In this document: positions 1-6,989 of the stretch, one piece after another
Numbering within the stretch: position 1 is the stretch's first letter
Layout: each line of letters opens with the position of its first letter
NCBI GenBank assembly: GCA_050050355.1
Contig: JASFUJ010000001.1
Location: 1 to 32,071, forward strand
Origin: Acidobacteriota bacterium
GTDB lineage: Bacteria > Acidobacteriota > Thermoanaerobaculia > Multivoradales > DATKCC01
Direction of reading: 5' to 3'
DNA length: 32,071 nt
Notes under the pieces: model-generated
Seen by the model: the letters and a program-made list of their open reading frames with translations, nothing else
The model's database searches: none
Told to the model about the DNA's origin: nothing
Program-made: the position numbers and the translations under genes

Positions 1-963
1 CACTTCAAAAAGAAGCCGCTGACCAAATAAAAGCAATTGAAGACCAAAAAGAAGCCGACGCAATCGAAGCCGCTAAAAAGAAAATGGAAGCGGACAAAGA
101 AGCCGCTGAAGCTGCGATTGAATTGGCAAGATTTGAATTAAGCGAATATATACGCGCGAATAAGTCGAAGCTTGATTCAGATAAATTCTTAACACAAGAA
201 GCGGTTGCAGAAGAAACGCGAAGGCTTGAAGCACTTGCCGAAAAGCGTCGGGAATATGAAGCTTTAAGACTTGAAGAAGGTCAGATTTCCCAGCTTGAAT
301 ATAATGAAGCTATTGCAACAATAAACGAAGAAAATCAAGCTTCTATTGACGAACTGAATCAAGCCAGAAAGGAAGCTGAAGCTGAACAAAGGGCAATCGA
401 CGCGGAAAACGAATTGATATTTCTGGAAGAACAAGCGTCAACGCAATTTGAAGCGTTAAGCAGAAGACTTGAAAACGAACGTTTGGCTGAAATAGCCAAC
501 GCCGAAAAGACTGGGGCTGACATAGATAAAATAAATCAGAAGTACGCGCAAAGAAAACAGAATCTTGACGAATCCGTAAAGACCGCGCAACTTCAAGGAA
601 CGCAACAAACGCTTGACGCCGTTTCTTCGGCTTTAGGAGAACAGACAAAAGCGGGGAAAGCCGCCGCGATTGCTTCGACTTTAATTTCGACCTATCTGGG
701 GGCGCAACAAGCTTTTACTTCTTTGTCTTCTATTCCTATTGTCGGAACTGTTTTAGGAGTTGCCGCCGCCGCCGCCGCTGTTGTTTCTGGTTTATCAAGG
801 GTAAGCAAGATAAGAAGCACCCCAGACAAATATTCAAAAGGAGACATTTTAAGGGGGCGAAGTCATTCACGGGGCGGAATACCTTTTTCAATTGCTGGGG
901 GTCTTGGTTTCGAAGCTGAAGGCGGCGAAGCTTTAATCAATAAAAAATCAACTTCAATGTTTG
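1..963 (+). repeat. wrap-around / terminal redundancy copy A (partner 31109-32071)
   Basis: Hand alignment at constant offset 31108 shows 1-127 identical, 128-858 diverged and 859-963 identical, with no net indel. Confidence 0.9.
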
Positions 964-1193
964 CGCCTTTGCTTTCTGCGATTAATGTTGCTGGCGGCGG
1001 AAAGAAATTCGCTGACGGTGGAATTGCTGGCGCAACTTCAAGTTTAAGTTCGAAATCATTAATTGATTACGACCTTCTTTCGTTAAGAATAGCAGAAGCA
1101 AACACGACATTACCCGCGCCAGTTGTAAGCGTAGAAGAAATAAACACAGTTAACAACAATGTAAGTGTTATCGAAACGCTTGCAACGTCTTAA
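1..1193 (+). CDS. tape-measure-like protein, C-terminal part (5' end cut by the window edge; same gene as 29830..32071 after wrap-around)
   Basis: Frame 3 is open from the window edge to TAA 1191-1193; the track lists it only from the first Met at 84. The sequence is E/A/K/Q-rich and coiled-coil-like, then has hydrophobic Ala/Gly segments (GKAAAIASTLISTYLGAQQAF, VGTVLGVAAAAAAVVSGL) and a Gly-rich tail. Nt 1-963 is collinear and in frame with 31109-32071. Confidence 0.7.
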   Translation, partial: LQKEAADQIKAIEDQKEADAIEAAKKKMEADKEAAEAAIELARFELSEYIRANKSKLDSDKFLTQEAVAEETRRLEALAEKRREYEALRLEEGQISQLEYNEAIATINEENQASIDELNQARKEAEAEQRAIDAENELIFLEEQASTQFEALSRRLENERLAEIANAEKTGADIDKINQKYAQRKQNLDESVKTAQLQGTQQTLDAVSSALGEQTKAGKAAAIASTLISTYLGAQQAFTSLSSIPIVGTVLGVAAAAAAVVSGLSRVSKIRSTPDKYSKGDILRGRSHSRGGIPFSIAGGLGFEAEGGEALINKKSTSMFAPLLSAINVAGGGKKFADGGIAGATSSLSSKSLIDYDLLSLRIAEANTTLPAPVVSVEEINTVNNNVSVIETLATS

Positions 1194-1239
1194 TTATAAA
1201 TTGTATATTAGCAAAAAATTAATATTTAAAAATTAAATT

Positions 1240-1632
1240 ATGAAAAAGTTTATTTTTGTACTATCAACATTGTTTATGTTGTTCGCTTTGCCTTTAACGG
1301 TGTTCTGTTCTGGCGGCGACGTATTGACAGAACCTTCAGGGCTTGAAGTTTACTTCGTTTCAATTGCCGCGCTTGCCGCGATTGTGCTTCCTGTAACTAA
1401 CTTTATTAAAAATCTGATTGGTTCTTCTGGGGGCTGGACGGTTGTCTTGTCTTGGATTGTTTCAATCGGGCTTTCTTTTATTGGTTGGTGGTTAAAACTT
1501 GGAATGTTTGAAGGAATAACGATTGTCTGGGTTTTGATTTACGGGGTTGCTGTTGGCATGGTTGCGAATTCGCTTTTCGATATTGGAATTGTAAACGCGA
1601 TTTTAAGCCTGTTTAAGCAAAACAAAGAATGA
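1240..1632 (+). CDS. small integral membrane protein, holin-like or exclusion-type; function unknown
   Basis: 130 aa. It has an N-terminal signal/anchor (MKKFIFVLSTLFMLFALPLTVFCSGG) followed by three further hydrophobic helices. It is the last gene of the rightward arm and sits directly before the terminator hairpin. Confidence 0.7.
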   Translation: MKKFIFVLSTLFMLFALPLTVFCSGGDVLTEPSGLEVYFVSIAALAAIVLPVTNFIKNLIGSSGGWTVVLSWIVSIGLSFIGWWLKLGMFEGITIVWVLIYGVAVGMVANSLFDIGIVNAILSLFKQNKE

Positions 1633-1663
1633 ATGATATAAATATACTTGAAGACATAAAAAA

Positions 1664-1699
1664 AGCCGTCAGAAATAAAATTTGACGGCTTTTTGTTTG
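1664..1699. terminator. bidirectional rho-independent terminator between the convergent arms
   Basis: There is a perfect 8-bp stem, agccgtca (1664-1671) with tgacggct (1683-1690), and an 11-nt loop. An A-run lies upstream and ttttgtttg downstream, so a U-tract is available in both directions. Confidence 0.8.
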
Positions 1700-1709
1700 T
1701 TTTACGAAG

Positions 1710-2120
1710 TTATCTGAACAAGCTTCGAAGTCCTTTTGATTTTTTTGTGTCGGTTTCTTGCTTTTCAATTATCTTACCAAGATTCAAAGCTTCTTCTTTT
1801 ATCTGGTCAGCTTTTTCTTGATGTTTATTCGCTTGTCCTTGCTTCTTCAGGACGGTAAGTTTCGCCTTCTTGATTTTATCCATTTCAGCGCGAAGGGCTG
1901 GAAATGTTTCTTCAGCGACTTCAATCATTGTTTCGTAATCAGAAAAGGCTTCACAAAGCTTTTTGAAAGTGTCGTCGTCCGCTTTGTTTCCGAATTTGTG
2001 AATTGCAAGGGTTGAATCAATCGAACACCTTTCAAGTTCCGACAATCTTTGTTCAACTGACCATTTAAGGAAGGTCAAGCCGTAAAGATAATTACGTTGT
2101 TTTCTTGTGTTAACACTCAT
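1710..2120 (-). CDS. hypothetical protein (last gene of leftward arm)
   Basis: 136-aa ORF with a coiled-coil-like, K/E-rich C-terminus. It is tightly packed against the upstream gene (3-nt gap) and I recognised no motif. Confidence 0.7.
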   Translation of the reverse strand: MSVNTRKQRNYLYGLTFLKWSVEQRLSELERCSIDSTLAIHKFGNKADDDTFKKLCEAFSDYETMIEVAEETFPALRAEMDKIKKAKLTVLKKQGQANKHQEKADQIKEEALNLGKIIEKQETDTKKSKGLRSLFR

Positions 2121-2123
2121 TTG

Positions 2124-2357
2124 TTATTTGTTTTTATGACGCCCGTTGACTGTTAAAGTTGTATGTTTGAACTTCAGCTTCACGCCGTCGATATTAGTAA
2201 ATAAATTAAGATAAAATTCTTTTAATCGAAACGGTTTAAAATTGTCCCAAATATTCAAGGGTGAATCTTTGTTTCTAGTTGCGAATTCCTGAACTGGGTC
2301 GTCTTTTTCATTTCTTAAAAGAATTACTTCGTCAATAAGTTTTCGGTTTTTATTCAT
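2124..2357 (-). CDS. hypothetical protein
   Basis: 77-aa ORF that overlaps the upstream gene by 8 nt, consistent with operon packing. Confidence 0.65.
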   Translation of the reverse strand: MNKNRKLIDEVILLRNEKDDPVQEFATRNKDSPLNIWDNFKPFRLKEFYLNLFTNIDGVKLKFKHTTLTVNGRHKNK

Positions 2358-2616
2358 CTTTTAAAAGGTCGCTTTCGTGAAGTATAACTTTTCTATTGCG
2401 TTTCGGCGCGTCTGGCTGTCTAATTTCAACAAAATTATAATTGACAGTTCGACCGAAGTCAACCTTTTCTTCTTTGAATAATTCCCTTAAAGCTTTTAAC
2501 ACGCGTCTTTTAATTTCCTTGTTTAATTCATGGTCAAGAACAAGGACGGGGAACTTTTTCGCATTGCGTTTTTGTGCGCTTAGTTCTTCGATAATTTTCA
2601 AGACTTGTTCTTTCAT
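2350..2616 (-). CDS. hypothetical protein
   Basis: 88-aa ORF with a 4-nt start/stop overlap with the upstream gene. Confidence 0.65.
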   Translation of the reverse strand: MKEQVLKIIEELSAQKRNAKKFPVLVLDHELNKEIKRRVLKALRELFKEEKVDFGRTVNYNFVEIRQPDAPKRNRKVILHESDLLKDE

Positions 2617-2906
2617 GCTTCAGGAATTCCGACTTGATTTTCTTTCAATTTCATATACAGGGAAACGGCGTCTTTTTTACTTTCAAGACTATATTGAACG
2701 TAAGTAATTTCACGACCGTATTTGTTATGTGAAGAAATTGGATTTGAAATAATTTTTAAACCCATATTTCGAAGGTTTGAAATTCTAGCGGTCAAGTTCC
2801 AGACGCCAGAAGATAACATCATTGTTCGGCGGTCAATAAAAAGCCGATTGATAAGTTCAAAAAGAACTTCTTGAACCTGACTTTCAGGTAATGGAATCTT
2901 TTTCAT
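2613..2906 (-). CDS. winged-helix/HTH DNA-binding protein (candidate)
   Basis: The segment NLTARISNLRNMGLKIISNPISSHNKYGREITYVQYSL has the pattern of small phage winged-helix proteins: recognition helix, then G-x-x-I, then a beta hairpin ending in Y. Confidence 0.5.
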   Translation of the reverse strand: MKKIPLPESQVQEVLFELINRLFIDRRTMMLSSGVWNLTARISNLRNMGLKIISNPISSHNKYGREITYVQYSLESKKDAVSLYMKLKENQVGIPEA

Positions 2907-2916
2907 AATAATTGAA

Positions 2917-3069
2917 TTAAATTGATTTGACTTTCTTTCTTGTAATTATATAAGCTTCAGGGCTTTCTTTGTGTTTTCGGAAAAGATAAGCGGCGAAGCT
3001 GAAGAACGCGACTAAATAAAGCACGTAGCCGACAATAAAAACGATAATAAATAAAAGAATTACTTTCAT
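2917..3069 (-). CDS. small hydrophobic peptide, 50 aa (below ORF-track cutoff)
   Basis: Hand translation gives MKVILLFIIVFIVGYVLYLVAFFSFAAYLFRKHKESPEAYIITRKKVKSI, one TM helix plus a basic tail. The ORF fills the gap between 2906 and the promoter box at 3075-3091. Confidence 0.55.
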   Translation of the reverse strand: MKVILLFIIVFIVGYVLYLVAFFSFAAYLFRKHKESPEAYIITRKKVKSI

Positions 3070-3074
3070 TTTTT

Positions 3075-3091
3075 AAGGTTTAAAATTAAAC
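3075..3091 (-). promoter_or_regulatory. candidate early promoter/operator box (GTTTAATTTTAAACCTT on minus strand)
   Basis: This 17-mer is identical to the copies at 3968-3984 and 9002-9018. It contains TAATTTTA (Bacteroidota -7 consensus TAnnTTTG with the last base changed), with TTTTG 17 nt upstream. It ends 5 nt before the ATG at 3069. Confidence 0.5.
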
Positions 3092-3184
3092 AAATAAACT
3101 AAAAACAAAAATCCAGAATAACACACCTAACAAAAGAAGTGTTAAAAGGATTAGCAGACGGGTTCTTTTAGTGTACTTCTTCAT
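3086..3184 (-). CDS. small hydrophobic peptide, 32 aa (below ORF-track cutoff)
   Basis: Hand translation gives MKKYTKRTRLLILLTLLLLGVLFWIFVFSLFV, a basic N-terminus plus one TM helix. It starts 2 nt after the stop of the upstream ORF. Confidence 0.45.
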   Translation of the reverse strand: MKKYTKRTRLLILLTLLLLGVLFWIFVFSLFV

Positions 3185-3186
3185 AT

Positions 3187-3348
3187 CTATAAATTTAAAG
3201 ATTGTTGCGGGTTTTCAAGCTTTTCAATCATTTCGTCAACTTCTTTTTCAAGACGTTTCGCTTTGTTGAGGTCGTTAAAATTCCGCGTTCTGAAGTAAGT
3301 CTTTTGCGCCTTGCGCAATTCTTTAACCTTAATTAAAAATTCATTCAT
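3187..3348 (-). CDS. small hypothetical protein, 53 aa (below ORF-track cutoff)
   Basis: Hand translation gives MNEFLIKVKELRKAQKTYFRTRNFNDLNKAKRLEKEVDEMIEKLENPQQSLNL, a helical charged protein. It starts 10 nt after the HNH gene stop. Confidence 0.6.
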   Translation of the reverse strand: MNEFLIKVKELRKAQKTYFRTRNFNDLNKAKRLEKEVDEMIEKLENPQQSLNL

Positions 3349-3358
3349 ATTGATTGAT

Positions 3359-3772
3359 TTAAAAAGGACAATCGGACGCGCCTTTGCTGGCGTTCTGTCT
3401 TAATGTCAATAATTGAATGTTATCAATTGTATAACCTTTTGAATTATCAATTCGGTCAATAGTAGCATTTTGCCCGCGCTTTCCTTTGCTTATAAGATAG
3501 CCAGTATCAGAACAGAACTTTCGGAATTGTGAAATTGTTATTTCGAAGGGCTTGTTCCTTCTTCTGGCATTACCTTTAAATTGATTGAAGCGCGTTCCAA
3601 CAGGGTCAAATTCACGGCGTTTTCTTGCATAGTGTTTATGACAAAGACCGCCTTTTCTTTTAATCGGTTCGTTTGTGCAATTATAAGCGCAACAATACCG
3701 CCCCGCTTTCTTTTTGGCTTCACTTATGCAAAACATAAGCTGTTTATTCGTCAGCCGAAGAAAGGTATTCAA
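3359..3772 (-). CDS. HNH homing-type endonuclease (free-standing)
   Basis: It has an N-terminal Cys/His cluster (CCAYNCTNEPIKRKGGLCHKHY) and a C-terminal TIDRIDNSKGYTIDNIQLLTLRQNASKG, which is the HNH_3-type D-R-x-D-N...N-x-x motif. An alternative start at 3736 (MFCISE) would remove the 29-nt overlap with 3744..3944. Confidence 0.75.
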   Translation of the reverse strand: MNTFLRLTNKQLMFCISEAKKKAGRYCCAYNCTNEPIKRKGGLCHKHYARKRREFDPVGTRFNQFKGNARRRNKPFEITISQFRKFCSDTGYLISKGKRGQNATIDRIDNSKGYTIDNIQLLTLRQNASKGASDCPF

Positions 3773-3944
3773 TCAAAGCCAGTTCAGGCTTCTTCCAGTT
3801 ACTAACACGTAAACGGGTGTAAAGCGTAACTTTAGACATTCCAAGCAAGTCGGCAAGTTCATTGTCGTTTTGTGCCTTCTGGCGCAAATCATAAGCCTTG
3901 TTTGTGGCTTCCAGTTGTTCAATAGATGCTTGTTTCTTAGTCAT
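3744..3944 (-). CDS. small HTH DNA-binding protein
   Basis: I prefer the start at MTKKQ (3944) because it leaves the promoter box 3968-3984 intergenic; the track ORF extends to 3986. The HTH is NELADLLGMSKVTLYTRLR. Confidence 0.6.
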   Translation of the reverse strand: MTKKQASIEQLEATNKAYDLRQKAQNDNELADLLGMSKVTLYTRLRVSNWKKPELALIEYLSSADE

Positions 3945-3967
3945 TTTATTAAATTTATAATTGATTA

Positions 3968-3984
3968 AAGGTTTAAAATTAAAC
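3968..3984 (-). promoter_or_regulatory. candidate early promoter/operator box (GTTTAATTTTAAACCTT on minus strand)
   Basis: It is the identical 17-mer, lying in the 47-nt gap between the stop at 3992 and the ATG at 3944. Confidence 0.5.
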
Positions 3985-3991
3985 AAAAATA

Positions 3992-4471
3992 TTAAATATT
4001 TGCAGCCCCGCCGAAATATTTTCCGACGAAGAAAGAAGTTTCAATCGGTGTGTCGTCCCCTATTTCAGTTCTGAACCAGTCAAGGAAGGCGCAAAGTTCT
4101 TTTATTTTTTTATTCGTGCTTTCTTCTTTGACTTCAAGTTCTTTGATTTCGTCAAGGGCTTCAATAACTTGTTCGTAAACTTCGGGGCTTGTAAGCTGGT
4201 TAGTTTCATAAAGTTTATTGAATTCCTTTATACTGTGTAATACTGAAGCGTGGTCGTAAGTGCCGTTTAAGGCTCTGCCAATGGTAGCCAAAGAAGCTTT
4301 TGTCTTTTCCTTACAGATTTTACAATAAACCTTTTTCATGTCTGAAACAATTCGCTTCCTTGATTTCATCCCTATATCTGGAACGCCTGAAAACTGTTGC
4401 ACAAGGAATTTAATCCTTGTGCATTTATCAGTTAAAAACCTTTCGTAATCGACTGAATTATTCATTTTCAA
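3992..4471 (-). CDS. DnaA C-terminal (domain IV)-like DNA-binding protein
   Basis: KASLATIGRALNGTYDHASVLHSIKEFNKLYE resembles the DnaA domain IV signature (S-L-x-x-I-G-x-x-F..-DHSTV-x-H-A-x-x-K-I). There is no AAA+ domain (159 aa only). Confidence 0.5.
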   Translation of the reverse strand: MKMNNSVDYERFLTDKCTRIKFLVQQFSGVPDIGMKSRKRIVSDMKKVYCKICKEKTKASLATIGRALNGTYDHASVLHSIKEFNKLYETNQLTSPEVYEQVIEALDEIKELEVKEESTNKKIKELCAFLDWFRTEIGDDTPIETSFFVGKYFGGAANI

Positions 4472-5654
4472 TCATGTTTAAAGTGATGGTTTTATAATAT
4501 TCAACGCCTAATTTAACAGACGTCAAAAGAACTTCTTCAAGTTCATAATCGCGGACAAAAGAAAACGTTTTGACGCGTTCTTCTTTGGTATAAAGGTCAG
4601 AATCTTCGTAAAGATAATTACGTTTGAATTGTTCAATTGCTTCTTGATATTCTGGAAGCGTGTCGTCAATTATTCCGTGCTGAAAACAAAATCTTTTGTA
4701 TTCGTCGGCGAAAACATCGGGCGGGCAATCAACAAGGCAATGACGAAGGCGGAAAATATCAGCGTTATATAAATACAAATAAGCGCGCCCTTGCCATTCA
4801 TAGCCAGTTGTTAAAGAAGCTTGCATAAAAGTTCGGGGATTCCAAGAACATTTTGTGTCGTCAATTACAAGCGCGTCAACTGTTTTTTCGCTTCCTTCAA
4901 CTTCCATGTCTTTAAATTCGGTTATTACGTCGGCTTCGCCTGTAATATGATTTTTATATTCACGCTTTTCGTTTTTCACGTACATAATACCGTCAACGAA
5001 TGATATTAAATTGATTGCGTCTTCTTCAGCTTGAAGACCCTTGCGAAGCTTCTTGTCTGTTACTTCTTCTTTGAAACCCTTTTCGTTTTCAAGCCAGACT
5101 TCTTTTATATAAGTTTTTGCGCCTTGCGAAAGTTCTGGCGGTCTGGCGTTACGTTCTTTTAAGTCCCAAAGACGCGCGTTTTGTGTTGGTGTTAATCCTT
5201 TTGGTTGTTTAAGCCTGTTTTTGTAGTCGTCGCGCTTTTGCATTTGCGAAGGGGTCAAGGTCTTTCCGTCTTTTACTTTTGCGTTCCAGTCGTCAAGTTC
5301 AGCTTGTTGTTTTTCGGTTAAACCGATTGGCGTTCTTTTGGCAAGTTCTAAAGCTTCCATTTCTTCGCGTTGCTTTTCGGTTAAGCCGTGTCTGATTAAG
5401 CCGCCAGCAAGCAACCCGATTTTTGAACTTCTGAAGAAAATTTCTTCAATAGGGGTTTTAAAGTTTTTAGTCAAAAAATTTGAACATTCAATAACGTTAT
5501 CGTTGCCAACACCGTCGCCGAATTTAATGTTTTGAGAACCGCAAGTCGGAACGTCAAACATACACTTTTCACATAAATTTGATTTAGAATCTTTTGCTTT
5601 CATTTTACTTGAATTTAATTGATTAATATTAAGCTTCAATAAGTTTGTTTTCAA
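4458..5654 (-). CDS. YqaJ/lambda-Exo-like PD-(D/E)XK (RecB-family) exonuclease with N-terminal Cys cluster and an inserted repeat region
   Basis: It has a YqaJ-type start (SSKIGLLAGG), motif II (TGEADV), motif III (VIDDTKCS, reading D-x-K) and QxxxY (WQGRAYLY). An alternative start at 5603 (MKAKD) would avoid the overlap with 5629..5856. Confidence 0.6.
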   Translation of the reverse strand: MKTNLLKLNINQLNSSKMKAKDSKSNLCEKCMFDVPTCGSQNIKFGDGVGNDNVIECSNFLTKNFKTPIEEIFFRSSKIGLLAGGLIRHGLTEKQREEMEALELAKRTPIGLTEKQQAELDDWNAKVKDGKTLTPSQMQKRDDYKNRLKQPKGLTPTQNARLWDLKERNARPPELSQGAKTYIKEVWLENEKGFKEEVTDKKLRKGLQAEEDAINLISFVDGIMYVKNEKREYKNHITGEADVITEFKDMEVEGSEKTVDALVIDDTKCSWNPRTFMQASLTTGYEWQGRAYLYLYNADIFRLRHCLVDCPPDVFADEYKRFCFQHGIIDDTLPEYQEAIEQFKRNYLYEDSDLYTKEERVKTFSFVRDYELEEVLLTSVKLGVEYYKTITLNMIENE

Positions 5655-5856
5655 ATATTGTTAGTCGTCCCGTGTGAACCCTTCTTGATTCAAAAGACGC
5701 GAAAGGCGTTTCGTCAAGGCTTAAAACTTGCGCTTCATTGCCTTTGTCGTTCCTTAGTTCTTCGGCTAATTGTGCCGCTTTGACCATTGCTTCACGGTCA
5801 TTTCTAGCGTGAATATATAAGTCGAGTGTTACGGTATATCGTTTTTCTTTACTCAT
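5629..5856 (-). CDS. hypothetical protein
   Basis: 75-aa ORF, 5 nt downstream of the preceding gene. I recognised no motif. Confidence 0.65.
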   Translation of the reverse strand: MSKEKRYTVTLDLYIHARNDREAMVKAAQLAEELRNDKGNEAQVLSLDETPFASFESRRVHTGRLTIFENKLIEA

Positions 5857-5861
5857 AGGAA

Positions 5862-6191
5862 TTAAACTGAAGTTATATTTGTTTCGATTTCTCGAAAAAG
5901 AATAGTTTCTTGCTTATTTGTCAAGTGAATTTCTTCACCTTCTTTGTCGAAAACAAGTGCTTCAATGTTGTCAACGGTTAAACCGTCAGAAGAAAAACAC
6001 GGAGGCGTCAGATAGTCGCCAGCGTCATAAGTCCCAGTTTCAAAACAAGAAAAGCTTGCAAATATAAGGAACTTGCCAGCTTCAACTTCTTCGTCTTGAA
6101 CTTCCTTGCTTCCTTCTAATCCGTCCCAGTCAAGACAAACTTCAATTGAAGGAATGTTTTTTATAAGACTGTTAAATTTAAAATGATTCAT
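5862..6191 (-). CDS. strongly acidic small protein
   Basis: 109 aa. A hand count gives 22 Asp/Glu against about 7 Lys/Arg. It is the first gene after the promoter box at 6211-6228. Confidence 0.7.
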   Translation of the reverse strand: MNHFKFNSLIKNIPSIEVCLDWDGLEGSKEVQDEEVEAGKFLIFASFSCFETGTYDAGDYLTPPCFSSDGLTVDNIEALVFDKEGEEIHLTNKQETILFREIETNITSV

Positions 6192-6210
6192 ATTGAATTA
6201 TATTGATTGA

Positions 6211-6228
6211 TAGGTACAAATTTAAACC
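6211..6228 (-). promoter_or_regulatory. candidate early promoter (variant box GGTTTAAATTTGTACCTA on minus strand)
   Basis: It contains an exact TAnnTTTG (-7) match, TAAATTTG. A TTG lies 19 nt upstream, at the end of the terminator stem, and the ATG at 6191 is about 25 nt downstream. Confidence 0.6.
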
Positions 6229-6237
6229 AAATAATTT

Positions 6238-6281
6238 AAAAAACAAGCGGAAACGGTAAAAAAATAAACCGAATCCGCTTG
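6238..6281 (-). terminator. rho-independent terminator after the Rad52-like gene
   Basis: The stem pairs caagcgga (6244-6251) with tccgcttg (6274-6281), with an inner cggt/accg pairing. On the minus strand it is followed by TTTTTT (6238-6243). Confidence 0.75.
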
Positions 6282-6285
6282 CGTG

Positions 6286-6978
6286 TTATTTGCTTTCTTC
6301 AATGGACTTAACAAAAAGATTCAAATACTTCTTCAATAAATCCTTCGAAGCTTCAGTTTCTTCAGCGGTTTCAAGATACTTATTATAAGTGTGTTCAACT
6401 TCGCTGACTGTTGCGGCTTGTTTTAAGAAGTGGTCAAGTCGTTCAAGCTTCTTTTTATCGGCGTGGTTCATTTCTGGAATTTCCGCTTTCTTTTGGTCAG
6501 CGTGTTCTTGTCCGTAAATGTCCCAGCAAAAACCGAATTCGCTTGCGCACTTTTTAAAGGCGTCAGAAGCGGCGGCTTTATATCCGTTTCCAATATCAGA
6601 AGCGTAAGTTGTAGTAACATTTTTATTCACTTCTGTTTTAAGTTGAAGATAATGTTGTCCAAACTGTTCGCGTTTAATAGTCATTCCGTTCAGCCAGATA
6701 GTCAAACGACCGTGAACAATAACTTCTTTTGAAGATGGGATATATTCACGGGAAACAACTTCAAAACAAAAGTTCCCGCCAGTTACTAACGTTACAAGGG
6801 CTTTAACGTAAGCCGCCTTAACTGATTTGTAAGTAAAGCCGCTTTTGTCAGTCTTGATTTCAACTTCGCTGTCTGGCGTTTTGCGGTTGATAATCTTCAT
6901 TTGACTTGGGTCAAATACAGGTTTATGACCTTCGAATAAAGCCAGTTCTGACTTTGTGAAATAATTTGCTTTTCTCAT
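6286..6978 (-). CDS. Rad52/Sak-like single-strand annealing protein
   Basis: KSGFTYKSVKAAYVKALVTLVTGGNFCFEV, VIVHGRLTIWLNG and GYKAAASDAFKKCASEFGFCWDIYG parallel the Rad52 N-terminal domain blocks (Y-I-x-G..N..FG..GW; beta hairpin; K-x-A-x-S/T-D-x-x-K-R-A...FG...Y). Confidence 0.6.
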   Translation of the reverse strand: MRKANYFTKSELALFEGHKPVFDPSQMKIINRKTPDSEVEIKTDKSGFTYKSVKAAYVKALVTLVTGGNFCFEVVSREYIPSSKEVIVHGRLTIWLNGMTIKREQFGQHYLQLKTEVNKNVTTTYASDIGNGYKAAASDAFKKCASEFGFCWDIYGQEHADQKKAEIPEMNHADKKKLERLDHFLKQAATVSEVEHTYNKYLETAEETEASKDLLKKYLNLFVKSIEESK

Positions 6979-6989
6979 AATTGAATTTA

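Noticed and set aside
1-963. I considered whether 1-963 and 31109-32071 are genuine long direct terminal repeats of a linear genome.
   Set aside because: Terminal repeats regenerated at each replication cycle should be identical. Here the core is diverged with a codon-aware (largely synonymous) pattern, so two alleles of one locus explain it better.
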